DNA of 64,000 nt from Candidatus Micrarchaeota archaeon. GTDB taxonomy: Archaea; Micrarchaeota; Micrarchaeia; Anstonellales; Bilamarchaeaceae. The translations under genes were made by a program, and so were the position numbers. Positions 10,514-20,110 of this stretch are shown piece after piece. The notes beneath the pieces are model-generated. The model saw only the letters and a program-made list of their open reading frames with translations, made no database searches and was not told where the DNA came from. Each line of letters opens with the position of its first letter. The stretch's first letter is position 1. The stretch covers positions 1-64,000 of the forward strand of contig JBDRLQ010000020.1 in assembly GCA_043812915.1 (NCBI GenBank). Direction: 5' to 3'.

Positions 10514-11935
10514 CTAAAGCCTTTCCTTTATTTTCTTTGCCAGTTTGGCATCTACATGCGCCGGCCCGGTCGTGTTTTCAGCAGAGAGGATTGTCTCCAG
10601 CTCATCTTTGTCCAGAATCTTCTTTTCCAGAATAAGGTCTTTGAGCGGCAGGCCTTTCCCGTAAGCCTCTGTCACGAGCTTTGAAACAAGCGAATAGCCA
10701 AGGTACGGGTTGAGCGCGGTTCCATAGGCGAACGAGCGCTCGAAAAGCTCTTTTACGCGCTTCTCGTCCACATTCAGCCCGTCAACACATTCCACCCTGA
10801 ACATCAGAGAGCCATTCGTCAGAAGGTCCATTGACTGCAGCAGGTTATGGGCAATCAGCGGGGTGCAGAAGTTGAGCTCAAGCTGCCCGGACTGGGCGGC
10901 GAGCATCACCGCATGGTCATTGGCGATGACCTGGTAGCCCAGCATGTTCACGGCCTCTGGAATGGAAGGGTTCACTTTTCCAGGCATGATTGACGAGCCT
11001 GGCTCCACAGCCGGAAGAATGATCTCCGCGATGCCTGTTTTTGGCCCGGACGAGAGCAGCCGTAGGTCATTCGCTATCCGGACCAGCGTCACTCCATACT
11101 GCCTTAAGGCAGCGGAGAAGAGCATGAAATCATTCATGTTCTCGGTAAGCTCAATCGGGTCATCCGCCACCCTCAGCTTCAGCTTTGTGTGGGCGGCAAT
11201 CTGCTTCACCACCTTTTTCCGAAAATCCGGGTGCGCGGTTATTCCCGTTCCTGTCGCGGTGCCGCCAATCCCAATTTCCAGAAGGCCCATAGATGCCCTG
11301 CCAATTGATGAAATGTCCTTGTCAATGGCGTGCGCCCATGCGGAGAATACCTGGCCGTAGCTTATCGGAACGGCGTCCATCAGGTGGGTCCTGCCGCACT
11401 TTAGCACATCCTTGTTCCTCTTGGCCAGCTTCCTGAACGAGGCAGAAAGCTTCTTCGCCTCATCGAGCAGCCCTGGAAGCAGGAAAAGGCAGGAGAGCCT
11501 CACTGCGGTTGGAATGACATTGTTCGAGCTCTGCGACATGTTGACATGGTTGTTGGGATGGACTGATTTGTACTCGCCCTTCTTCCCGCCCAGAATCTCC
11601 TCGGCGCGGTTGGCAAGGACCTCATTGACGTTCATGTGCACGGGCGTTCCTGCCCCGGCCTGGAAGGCGTCAAGAACGAACTGCTTTCCGTGCTTTCCTG
11701 AGAGCACTTCGTCCGCGGCCTTCACGATTGCGTCCGCGGCATCGCCTTCAAGCCTTCCAAGCTCCTTGTTCGCAAGGGCTGCGGACCTCTTGATTGTGGC
11801 GATTGCCCTGATCATCTCATCATGCACCCTGATTCTGCTGAGCGAGAAGTTCTTTTTCGCCCGGCTGGTGAATGCGCCGTAGTATGCATCTTCCTCTACT
11901 TCAACTTCCCCAATGAAGTCCTTCTCCCTTCTCAT
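10514..11935 (-). CDS. Aspartate ammonia-lyase / class II fumarase family lyase (aspartase-like)
   Basis: 'GSSIMPGKVNP' signature; 'AGAGT', 'DAVP' and 'GQLELN' resemble AspA, while 'QSSN' and 'GRTHLMDA' resemble FumC. Confidence 0.88.
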   Translation of the reverse strand: MRREKDFIGEVEVEEDAYYGAFTSRAKKNFSLSRIRVHDEMIRAIATIKRSAALANKELGRLEGDAADAIVKAADEVLSGKHGKQFVLDAFQAGAGTPVHMNVNEVLANRAEEILGGKKGEYKSVHPNNHVNMSQSSNNVIPTAVRLSCLFLLPGLLDEAKKLSASFRKLAKRNKDVLKCGRTHLMDAVPISYGQVFSAWAHAIDKDISSIGRASMGLLEIGIGGTATGTGITAHPDFRKKVVKQIAAHTKLKLRVADDPIELTENMNDFMLFSAALRQYGVTLVRIANDLRLLSSGPKTGIAEIILPAVEPGSSIMPGKVNPSIPEAVNMLGYQVIANDHAVMLAAQSGQLELNFCTPLIAHNLLQSMDLLTNGSLMFRVECVDGLNVDEKRVKELFERSFAYGTALNPYLGYSLVSKLVTEAYGKGLPLKDLILEKKILDKDELETILSAENTTGPAHVDAKLAKKIKERL

Positions 11936-11943
11936 CTCTTCAC

Positions 11944-12585
11944 CTAATTCCTAGCCCTGAATGCGAGAACGCTCGATATCAGGACCAGTGCCGCAGGAGC
12001 GGCGCATCCCTGTGTCCCGCCTTCAACTGGGGCTGCGGGCCCCGCCCCGCTCCCATCATCTTCAGGCGGAGTAATGTTATCTGCCGGCTCCACGGGCGCT
12101 GGCTCCGGCTGCTCCGCAGGAGGCGTTTGCGGAGGCTCGACTGGCGGAGCTTCAGGCTCGGGTTCAGGAGCGGGCGGTGCAGGCTCAGGCTTCTCGACGA
12201 AGCACGGGTCATTGTTGAAATGAATCTCCTTGCTCATGTATCCGGTCTTCTCAATAACCAGGATGAACAGGCCCGTCATAAGGTTGATGTTGCCCGGGAT
12301 AGTATGCGTCACAACCCCGTCCGAATCGGTGCTGCCGGAAGAAATCAGGGGAGTGGCGTAATCATGGTATTTCAGGTAGCTGTTCACGCCCTGAATCGGC
12401 TCGACCTGCTCGTTGAAAACCTCCTGCCTAATATCCCCGGTCTCGCAGTCAACCGAAAGCGAATAAAGGAATCTGGGAAGAGCCTCATTTCCGAAATCCT
12501 CCTCTTCATACACATACGGGATTTCGGACCTGGCGAAAGCCAAACTCAGCGCGAGCATCAAAATTAACAAAATCCTGGTCTTCAT
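11944..12585 (-). CDS. Secreted or surface protein with Pro/Glu-rich linker and a Cys-starting C-terminal membrane anchor
   Basis: N-terminal signal peptide; 'PEPAPPAPEPEPEAPP' linker; C-terminal 'GCAAPAALVLISSVLAFRARN' resembles CGP-CTERM-type sorting signals. Confidence 0.75.
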   Translation of the reverse strand: MKTRILLILMLALSLAFARSEIPYVYEEEDFGNEALPRFLYSLSVDCETGDIRQEVFNEQVEPIQGVNSYLKYHDYATPLISSGSTDSDGVVTHTIPGNINLMTGLFILVIEKTGYMSKEIHFNNDPCFVEKPEPAPPAPEPEPEAPPVEPPQTPPAEQPEPAPVEPADNITPPEDDGSGAGPAAPVEGGTQGCAAPAALVLISSVLAFRARN

Positions 12586-13550
12586 CTCTTTTCCCCCTTT
12601 AGCATGAACTGGGCCAGGAGAGCCTCGAGCTGTATCCTCTCATTCGCCCCCTGCACCAGCCTGAAATCATACTCGCCGACCTTGTCAATAAGGACAATCT
12701 TCTCCTGCTCAGGAATATCCAGCTTAGGGATTTCCCGGTAAATCTGCAGCAGGATATCCTCCCCGCTAAGGCCATATGAAATTATCAGCTTGTCAAGCCT
12801 CTCACGCGAGCCCTTGAAGTCACATGCTAGGGCGAGCTTGACCATCTCGGCAATCTCGGCAGGCCTTGCCCGGCTTCCAGTCCTGTGCACAAGGTCCGCA
12901 GTTATGCTCTTTGAGTGCAGCGCGCACCCCTGGAGCAGGTTGATTGCCTTCCGCAGGTCCCCTTCGGAAACATAATGCAGCGCCTCGTGGGCGTCATCCG
13001 CTATTTTCAGCCCTTCCTTCTGGCTGATGTAGGATAGCATCTTCTTTACATCCGCCTCCTGCAGCGGGAGGAACCTGAATATCGCGCACCTGCTCTGTAT
13101 GGGCTCTATCACTTTTGATGAGTAGTTGCATGATATGATGAACCTGGTCACTCTTGAAGTTGATTCCATGGTCCTGCGCAACGCGTGCTGCGCGTCGGAG
13201 GTGAGCGCATCCCCCTCATCCAGGAATATCAGCTTGAAAGGAACATCGCCCATCGCAATCGTCCTGGCGAAATCCTTTATCCTGCCCCGGACGATATCTA
13301 TTCCGCGCTCATCCGAGGCATTCAACTCGAGGAAGTTGCCCCTGTAATCATCTCCGAAAAGCTCCCTGGCAAGCGCAAGCGCGCATGTGGTCTTCCCTAT
13401 CCCGGGAGGCCCTGCGAAAAGCAGGTTCGGCATGTTTCCCGCCTTCACGAACGCCTGCAGGCTGGTGACCGCTTCCTGCTGGCCCGCAACGTCATCCAGG
13501 TTTGCCGGCCTGTATTTCTCTGTCCACGGAAGAATGCTCTCTTTGTCCAT
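12582..13550 (-). CDS. rfcS: Replication factor C small subunit
   Basis: 'PWTEKYRP', 'GPPGIGKTT', 'ELNASDERGID', 'IQSRC'. Confidence 0.96.
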   Translation of the reverse strand: MDKESILPWTEKYRPANLDDVAGQQEAVTSLQAFVKAGNMPNLLFAGPPGIGKTTCALALARELFGDDYRGNFLELNASDERGIDIVRGRIKDFARTIAMGDVPFKLIFLDEGDALTSDAQHALRRTMESTSRVTRFIISCNYSSKVIEPIQSRCAIFRFLPLQEADVKKMLSYISQKEGLKIADDAHEALHYVSEGDLRKAINLLQGCALHSKSITADLVHRTGSRARPAEIAEMVKLALACDFKGSRERLDKLIISYGLSGEDILLQIYREIPKLDIPEQEKIVLIDKVGEYDFRLVQGANERIQLEALLAQFMLKGEKR

Positions 13551-13659
13551 CTGTTCACCGTTAATAAGTAGTTGTATATGCTTGAGCCGAAGCATCTTTA
13601 TAAAGATTATCTGAGAGGTGTTGTCCTGCCTTTGAGAGGGCGGAAAAGAGGTTGGGCTA

Positions 13660-14346
13660 ATGGAACGTGTAAAAACAGGAATAGCTGGGCTAGATGAGAT
13701 GCTTAACGGTGGGATTCCAGCAAGGAGGCATGTGGCTGTCTACGGAGGGCCTGGTTCAGGTAAGACCTCGGTCGGCTTCGAGTTTCTTTATCGGGGAGCG
13801 CTGGCAGGGGAGAATGGACTGTACATCACACTTGAGGAGACTGTGGATGACATCGAGGAAAACATGAGGGGCACATTCCCCATGATGACCGATGTCGGAA
13901 AGCTGATTGACGAAAAGAAACTGGAAATCCTGAAGCCGGACAGGCTTGAGATGGAGGAAGTCGCGAATGTCCTCGAGGACCGCATTACATCCAACAACCT
14001 CAAAAGGGCAGTCATCGACTCTGCGACCATGATTAAGATGGCTTTTGCGGGGGAATTGGAATACAGGCAGACCCTGTTCGAGTTCCTTTCACTGCTGCGG
14101 AACCTTGATGTCACCACAATGACGACCGTCGAGGCCGAGACCTCCAAGAGGGAGGACCTGCGCTACAACATAGAGCACTTCGTGATGGACGGCATCATCA
14201 ACCTGTACAACATAGACAGGGAAGACCGCAGGATCAGGGCGCTCGAAGTATTCAAGATGAGGGGAACAGACCATTCAAGGGACCTTACGCCATTCAAAGT
14301 GACGCCTTCCGGGATAAAGGTATACGTCGGCGAGAAGGTGTTCTGA
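13660..14346 (+). CDS. Single-domain KaiC-like (RAD55/GvpD family) ATPase
   Basis: 'ERVKTGIAGLDEML', Walker A GGPGSGKT, 'ITLEE', 'VIDS', 'KMRGTDH'. Confidence 0.92.
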   Translation: MERVKTGIAGLDEMLNGGIPARRHVAVYGGPGSGKTSVGFEFLYRGALAGENGLYITLEETVDDIEENMRGTFPMMTDVGKLIDEKKLEILKPDRLEMEEVANVLEDRITSNNLKRAVIDSATMIKMAFAGELEYRQTLFEFLSLLRNLDVTTMTTVEAETSKREDLRYNIEHFVMDGIINLYNIDREDRRIRALEVFKMRGTDHSRDLTPFKVTPSGIKVYVGEKVF

Positions 14347-14993
14347 TGGCAACAACCCTCCCGCTGAATTTCGCCTTTGATGAGCATTTCGTGGCCTTCG
14401 TCATCTTCATAATCTGCTACGGCCTCGTATACATCATCGGGCGAACAAACATCGTCAAGAGGGGTAAGACAAGCAAGAACATCCGGGAGCTCTACCGCTC
14501 CTCGTTTGTCGAGGGGCTGCTGCTTGAGAAGGGGAACATGCAGCCGCTGCAGCAGCTTCTGCAGAACAACATCGCAATCACCAACGCGACACTCACAGGA
14601 GTCATCATCATGTCCGGCCTTCTCTTTGACCAGATTGTCTCCTTTGAGAGCGGAATCGACCTTGCTCGCTCGGTCGCGATGCTGATTTTGCTCGGGCACG
14701 CGCTGCTCTCGCTCCTTGCGCAGATTCGGACGATGATGTATATCCCGGTTGTCTTTGGGACGGATTCCAAGCTAATCAAGGAGCATCAGGGAATCGCGAA
14801 GCACGAATACCTCACAAGGCTCTTTAGCAGCTCATATATGCTCTTCTCGAATGCCATGCGTGACATATTCTACCTTTTCGCGCTGTTCCTCTGGACTGTT
14901 AGCGCGTACATGTTCATGCTGCTGGTCTTCGTGATAACCTTCATCATAATCCGTGAGGAGACCGAGAAGAGGGCGAGGATAACAGTGTTCTGA
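14346..14993 (+). CDS. DUF599-like membrane protein
   Basis: About four TM segments; 'FSNAMRDIFYLFALFLW' resembles the DUF599 C-terminal motif; overlaps the upstream stop (TGATG). Confidence 0.6.
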   Translation: MATTLPLNFAFDEHFVAFVIFIICYGLVYIIGRTNIVKRGKTSKNIRELYRSSFVEGLLLEKGNMQPLQQLLQNNIAITNATLTGVIIMSGLLFDQIVSFESGIDLARSVAMLILLGHALLSLLAQIRTMMYIPVVFGTDSKLIKEHQGIAKHEYLTRLFSSSYMLFSNAMRDIFYLFALFLWTVSAYMFMLLVFVITFIIIREETEKRARITVF

Positions 14994-15087
14994 ATCATCT
15001 TTTTTTCCCCATTTTTAGGGCATTATTATAAATCTGAACTTCCCTGTTAGGCTCACCTATGCATTCCCATGCAAAACAGGTGACCAT

Positions 15088-15846
15088 ATGGAAAAGCCAA
15101 CAGAAGAGGCTAAGCCTAGTGCCAAACCTAGCGCTAAAGCTGAAAAGAAAACAAAAACGATGGAAAGGGTAAAGACAGGCATAAACGGCCTTGACGAGCT
15201 TTTGATGGGCGGTGTGCCTACAAGGAAGCACGTCGCCCTGTATGGAGGCCCGGGTACCGGAAAAACATCATTCGGATTCGAGTTCATCTACCAGGGAGCC
15301 AAGATGGGCGAGAATGGGGTATATATCTCCTTCGAGGAATCTCCTGAGGACATTGTGGGGAATATGAAGAGCACGTTTCCCAAGATGGATGACATTGACT
15401 CCCTTGTGAAAGCTGGCAAGATGGAGGTCCTCAAGCCCGCGAAGCTGGAACTGGAGGACCTGGTCGAGCTCCTCAAGAAGAAGGTGAAATCAAACAATGT
15501 CAAGAGGCTTGTCATTGATTCTGCAACCATGATCGAGATGTCCTTCAAGAGCGACTTGGAATACCGGCGGTCCCTCTTCGACTTCCTGACATTCCTAAGA
15601 AAGCTGGATTTGACAAGCATGATGATTGTCGAGTCCCCAACTTCAAAGAAAGAGCAGATGAGATACGGCCTGGAGCACTTCATTATGGACGGCATCATCA
15701 ACCTCTATTCGGTTTCAATGGAGGAAAAATCGGTCCGCTCGCTGGAAGTGTTCAAGATGAGGGGAACTGACCATTCAAGAGACCTCGTGCCCTACAAGGT
15801 GACGCCTACCGGAATGAAGATTTACGTTGGAGAAAAAGTATTCTAG
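15088..15846 (+). CDS. Single-domain KaiC-like ATPase (paralog of 13660-14346)
   Basis: Walker A GGPGTGKT, 'ISFEE', 'KMRGTDHSRDL'; ends 'YVGEKVF' like the paralog. Confidence 0.92.
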   Translation: MEKPTEEAKPSAKPSAKAEKKTKTMERVKTGINGLDELLMGGVPTRKHVALYGGPGTGKTSFGFEFIYQGAKMGENGVYISFEESPEDIVGNMKSTFPKMDDIDSLVKAGKMEVLKPAKLELEDLVELLKKKVKSNNVKRLVIDSATMIEMSFKSDLEYRRSLFDFLTFLRKLDLTSMMIVESPTSKKEQMRYGLEHFIMDGIINLYSVSMEEKSVRSLEVFKMRGTDHSRDLVPYKVTPTGMKIYVGEKVF

Positions 15847-15885
15847 GCGCATTTTAAGCGCCTTTTTTCTTTTCTTTTTCAGGGG

Positions 15886-16893
15886 CTACTCGCTAAGAGC
15901 CCTGCATTCTGCCTGGAATCTCCTTCCGATTTCAACGCCGCTAGGCCCGCCTTCTCCGGCAATCAGCCTTGTGGATATGTCAACACATTGCTGGAACCGC
16001 TGCCCCGACTCATCGGCCCTCCCTGCTTCATGGGCATCGAAGCCGGAATTGTAAGCTGCGGGCGCAGCGTTCCGCAGATATAGCTGGTTGGACGGGTCAA
16101 GCTCCAATGCACGCAAATGCTCCCCCGCTGCCCTGGCCCTGTCGTTCCCCTGGTTCCTGTGCTCAAGGCACACTGCCAGCTTGTGGTGCGAATAAGCGTC
16201 ACCATCGTTTCTCCTGATTGCCTCTTCAAAAGCAGAAATCGCCCCATCAGTGTTTCCGGTGTTCCGGAGATAGTTTCCATATTCCCTGTGATACATCCCA
16301 GTCGCCTGGTCGAATGTCATGGTCTGGATTGTCCGGTCTACAGTGCCCACATACTGGCCGAGCGTTGCTGCCTGAAGGTCGATGGTAACCTCACTCCCGC
16401 CAATAGTGGCAAAAGCCACCATATGCTCGGTGGTCGCAGGAGCGCTCTGGAAATGAACAATCCTTGCCCCGCCGCCGATTCCGAGCGACTGCAAGCAGGA
16501 AATGGCGACAGTCGCCATTTCGGTGCAGTCTCCTGAGCCTGCGTGCCCTCCGGTTCCTGCGCCAAGGGTCCCTTCCGCGGTCCTCGGAGCCCTGGTATCC
16601 GATGAAAGCCCCGCGGTCTCCCTTTCGATTCCTGTTGCCGCGCCAGCCCTCAGCCGCTCGAAAAGCCTCTGCGTCTGCGCTCTCTGGTCCCCGCTCCCAC
16701 TGCGGACCTCGGCGACGATGGCCTGAACCCTGGCGCCTGCAGCAAAAGGATTTGTTGCTATGCTGTAGCTTCCTGCTGCCTGCTCTGCGAGGGCAAGGCC
16801 CGGCCTTGCAAACTTGCTTAGCCCTGCTGCCCCTGCAACAACTGCTGCCGCCTTAAGAAAATCTCTTCGTGAAGTGGTAATCTGGCTGCTCAT
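15886..16893 (-). CDS. Tat-exported transglutaminase-like (Cys-His-Asp) protein with TPR repeats
   Basis: 'SRRDFLK' Tat motif; 'GDCTEMA', 'EHMVAF', 'TIDL' triad; TPR-like 'AISAFEEAIRRNDGDAYSHHKLA...ALELDPSN'. Confidence 0.75.
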   Translation of the reverse strand: MSSQITTSRRDFLKAAAVVAGAAGLSKFARPGLALAEQAAGSYSIATNPFAAGARVQAIVAEVRSGSGDQRAQTQRLFERLRAGAATGIERETAGLSSDTRAPRTAEGTLGAGTGGHAGSGDCTEMATVAISCLQSLGIGGGARIVHFQSAPATTEHMVAFATIGGSEVTIDLQAATLGQYVGTVDRTIQTMTFDQATGMYHREYGNYLRNTGNTDGAISAFEEAIRRNDGDAYSHHKLAVCLEHRNQGNDRARAAGEHLRALELDPSNQLYLRNAAPAAYNSGFDAHEAGRADESGQRFQQCVDISTRLIAGEGGPSGVEIGRRFQAECRALSE

Positions 16894-17016
16894 AAACAAA
16901 TTAAGCATAGAAAGTGTTTTTAAATGTTTATTACTGTTTTATAATCGGCATATGAGAAGGGTTTTTTATTCTTTCTTGCTCCAATTAACTCCTGCTTTAT
17001 TCTGAGAGTAGAGGTA

Positions 17017-19857
17017 ATGTTCATGTATGACCCTAAGGAAGTGGAGTCCGAGATACTGGACTTCTGGAAGAAAGAGAACGTGTACCAGAAGGTGAAGGAG
17101 AAGAACAAGGATGGCGAGCCATTCTACTTCTGCGACGGGCCGCCATACGCGACGGGCCAGATTCATCCTGGAACCGCCTGGAACAAGACAATCAAGGACT
17201 CTTTCTGCAGGTACTGGCGGATGAAGGGCAAGGATGTCCGCGGCCAGGCCGGATACGACACCCACGGCCTTCCTATAGAGGTGAAGGTGGAGCAGGAGCT
17301 GAAATTCAAGAACAAGAACGACATCGAGAAATACGGAATCGGCAAGTTCATCGACAAGTGCAAGGCGTTCGCGACCAAGTATATAGACGTTATGGGAAAC
17401 CAGTTCCAGAGCGTCGGGGTATGGCTTGATTTCGACAATCCATACATCACCTATAAAGATGATTACATTGAGTCGAGCTGGAAGACCCTCAAGATGGCAT
17501 GGGACAAAGGCCTTATGCATCAGGGCGAGTATGTCCTCCCGTACTGCTACCGCTGCGAGACCACCATGGCGAACTATGAGCTGGAATACGGTGAGGAGAC
17601 CGACCCGTCAGTCTATGTCAAGTTCAAGCTCAAAGAGAGCGAAAACGAGTATCTCATAATCTGGACGACCACCCCGTGGACGCTTGTTGCAAACATGGGC
17701 GTGATGGTTCATCCGACCGAGAGCTATGTGAAGGCGAAAGTGGATGATGAGGTGTGGATAATCGCCAAGGCGCGTCTCGATTACCTTATGCAGCTGGTGG
17801 ACAAGAGCGCGGCGGTGCTCGGGGAAGTTCCTGGGCGCAAGCTCAAAGACCTGAAGTACGAGCACCCGTTCCAGAACATATTCCCAAAGCAGGCGGAAAG
17901 GAGGGTCGTCCTGAGCGATGAATACGTAACGGTGGAGGAAGGAACCGGCCTTGTGCACACGGCGCCTGGAACCGGCCCTGAGGACTTCATAATCGGAAAG
18001 CGCTATGAACTTGAGCCCTTCTGCCCGGTTGATACAAAGGGATGCTATACGGGGGAAGCAGGAGAACTGAAAGGGAAGAATGTGCGCGCTGCAAACCCCG
18101 AAATAATCGAGATTCTGAAGAACAACGGCTCTCTTGTGGCTGAGGAGCGGATCAAGCACAGGTACCCCCATTGCTGGAGGTGCAAGACGCCGCTCATCTT
18201 CCTGACGACCAACCAGTGGTTCATTTCAATTTCAAAGCTCAAGGAGCAGATGCTCGAGGAGATTGACCGCACAGAATGGCACCCTGATTTCGCCAAGGAC
18301 AGGTTCAAGGAGTTCGTGACAGGCGCCCCAGACTGGTGCATTTCCAGGCAGAGATACTGGGGAATCCCGCTTCCAATCTGGAAGTGCAAGGAGTGCGATA
18401 AGACGAAGGTGCTCGATTCAAGGGAGGAGTTGCCCAAAGTAAAGGAGCTCCACAGGCCGTACCTGGACGAAATAGAGCTTGACTGCGAATGCGGAAAGAA
18501 GATGAAGCGGGTCCCGGATGTCCTTGACGTCTGGTTCGACTCGGGGAATGCCGTGTGGGCTTCCATGAGCAAGGAGGACCTTGGGAGGTACAGCGACCGG
18601 ACAGACCTTATCATAGAGGGCCAGGACCAGATTAGGGGATGGTTCTACTCGCTTCTGGGCTCTGGTGTGGTGCGCTATGGCGCATGCCCCTACAAGCGCA
18701 TTGTGATGCACGGCCACTTCGTTGACGAGCACGGGGTGAAGATGAGCAAGTCGGTCGGCAATTTCGTTCCTATCGAGGAAGTGCTTGCCAAGTACGGGGC
18801 GGACAGCTTCAGGCTCTGGGGCATGAGCACCACGGTGTGGGATGAGCTGCGGTTCAGCTGGGTGGAGATGAAGAAATGCAGCTCTGACCTGAACATAGCG
18901 CTTAACCTGACGGTATTCCTCGAGAGGTTCTACCCGAAGGATAAGGTGGAGGCCAAGGAGCTTCGCGTGGAGGACCAGTGGATTATAAGCAGGCTCAATT
19001 CAACATTGAAGGAATACAGGGAAGCGATGGAGGGCTACCAGGTCCACAAGGCCGTCAAGGCGCTCAGGTTCTTCCTTGTCGATGACCTTAGCAAGTTCTA
19101 CATGAAGATGGCAAAAGGCAGGATACAGAAAGGGGAGGGCGCGGATGCTGCGCTCCAGACAATCTATACGGCTATGCTCTCAACCCTCAAGATGCTCGCG
19201 CCCATCTCGCCATTCCTCAGCGAATACCTCTATAGGAGGTTCTTCATGAAATTCGAGAAGGAGGAATCGATATTCCTGCTTCCGCTCGAAGGCGAGAATG
19301 ACGGCAATATCAACGCGCTGCTTGAGAAGCAGATGGAAGCGGTGATGGAAGTCTCCTCAACCGCGCTTCTTGCCAGGCAGACCGCGGGAATCAAGGTCCG
19401 CTGGCCAATAAGGACGCTCTTTGTTGAGACGAAGTCGCATGAGCTCATTGATGCCGTGAACGCTTTCGTTCCGATACTCTCTAGCCTCCTGAATACCAAG
19501 GAAGTGAAGACTGTGGAAGAGATGCCCGAAGGCGATATCGCATCCCAGGAGTTCTCAAGCGGCATCGTCCACATAGGGAAGAAGATAGACGAGGAGCTCT
19601 ATGAGGAAGGCCTGCTGAACGAAGTGAAGAGGCGGGTGCAGAGCATGAGGAAGGAGCTCAACCTCCTTGAAAAGGACGCGGTCACGCTCCATATCGACAC
19701 CGAGGATGAGACAAGGGCAATCCTGGAAAAGCACGCCGATGCTCTCAAGGAGGGCGTTAACGCCTCCTTGCTGGAATTCAAGGTTGACAAGGAGATGAAG
19801 GATTTCGAGATTGACGGCAGACTGGTAAAACTCTGCCTGAAAAAGAAAACGAAATGA
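17017..19857 (+). CDS. ileS: Isoleucine--tRNA ligase
   Basis: 'DGPPYATGQIHPGT', 'WTTTPWTL', 'DWCISRQRYWG', KMSKS. Confidence 0.96.
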   Translation: MFMYDPKEVESEILDFWKKENVYQKVKEKNKDGEPFYFCDGPPYATGQIHPGTAWNKTIKDSFCRYWRMKGKDVRGQAGYDTHGLPIEVKVEQELKFKNKNDIEKYGIGKFIDKCKAFATKYIDVMGNQFQSVGVWLDFDNPYITYKDDYIESSWKTLKMAWDKGLMHQGEYVLPYCYRCETTMANYELEYGEETDPSVYVKFKLKESENEYLIIWTTTPWTLVANMGVMVHPTESYVKAKVDDEVWIIAKARLDYLMQLVDKSAAVLGEVPGRKLKDLKYEHPFQNIFPKQAERRVVLSDEYVTVEEGTGLVHTAPGTGPEDFIIGKRYELEPFCPVDTKGCYTGEAGELKGKNVRAANPEIIEILKNNGSLVAEERIKHRYPHCWRCKTPLIFLTTNQWFISISKLKEQMLEEIDRTEWHPDFAKDRFKEFVTGAPDWCISRQRYWGIPLPIWKCKECDKTKVLDSREELPKVKELHRPYLDEIELDCECGKKMKRVPDVLDVWFDSGNAVWASMSKEDLGRYSDRTDLIIEGQDQIRGWFYSLLGSGVVRYGACPYKRIVMHGHFVDEHGVKMSKSVGNFVPIEEVLAKYGADSFRLWGMSTTVWDELRFSWVEMKKCSSDLNIALNLTVFLERFYPKDKVEAKELRVEDQWIISRLNSTLKEYREAMEGYQVHKAVKALRFFLVDDLSKFYMKMAKGRIQKGEGADAALQTIYTAMLSTLKMLAPISPFLSEYLYRRFFMKFEKEESIFLLPLEGENDGNINALLEKQMEAVMEVSSTALLARQTAGIKVRWPIRTLFVETKSHELIDAVNAFVPILSSLLNTKEVKTVEEMPEGDIASQEFSSGIVHIGKKIDEELYEEGLLNEVKRRVQSMRKELNLLEKDAVTLHIDTEDETRAILEKHADALKEGVNASLLEFKVDKEMKDFEIDGRLVKLCLKKKTK

Positions 19858-19883
19858 TGCCGGCCGGAACCGGCTTATCATTT

Positions 19884-20105
19884 TCAGTCGTACTCCCTGT
19901 ACTGGTTGGGGACGAAAGTGATGTCGGAGGACTTGTATTTCTTCCTCTTACTTATGTCTCCCCAACAGTCCTTGCAAATGAAGCGCCTGCCGACTTTCTT
20001 CCTTTTGGAGCTTTTTATGCAGGACTCGCATATGTCCTTGTTGCAGTATCCGCAGGTCTCTAGTTTCGCGGTTTGTTCGCCGCATCTTCCACAGCTTTTT
20101 ATCAT
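19884..20105 (-). CDS. Small Cys-rich zinc-finger protein
   Basis: Four CxxC pairs in 73 aa; directly downstream of RuBisCO on the same strand. Confidence 0.7.
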   Translation of the reverse strand: MIKSCGRCGEQTAKLETCGYCNKDICESCIKSSKRKKVGRRFICKDCWGDISKRKKYKSSDITFVPNQYREYD

Positions 20106-20110
20106 GCCAA

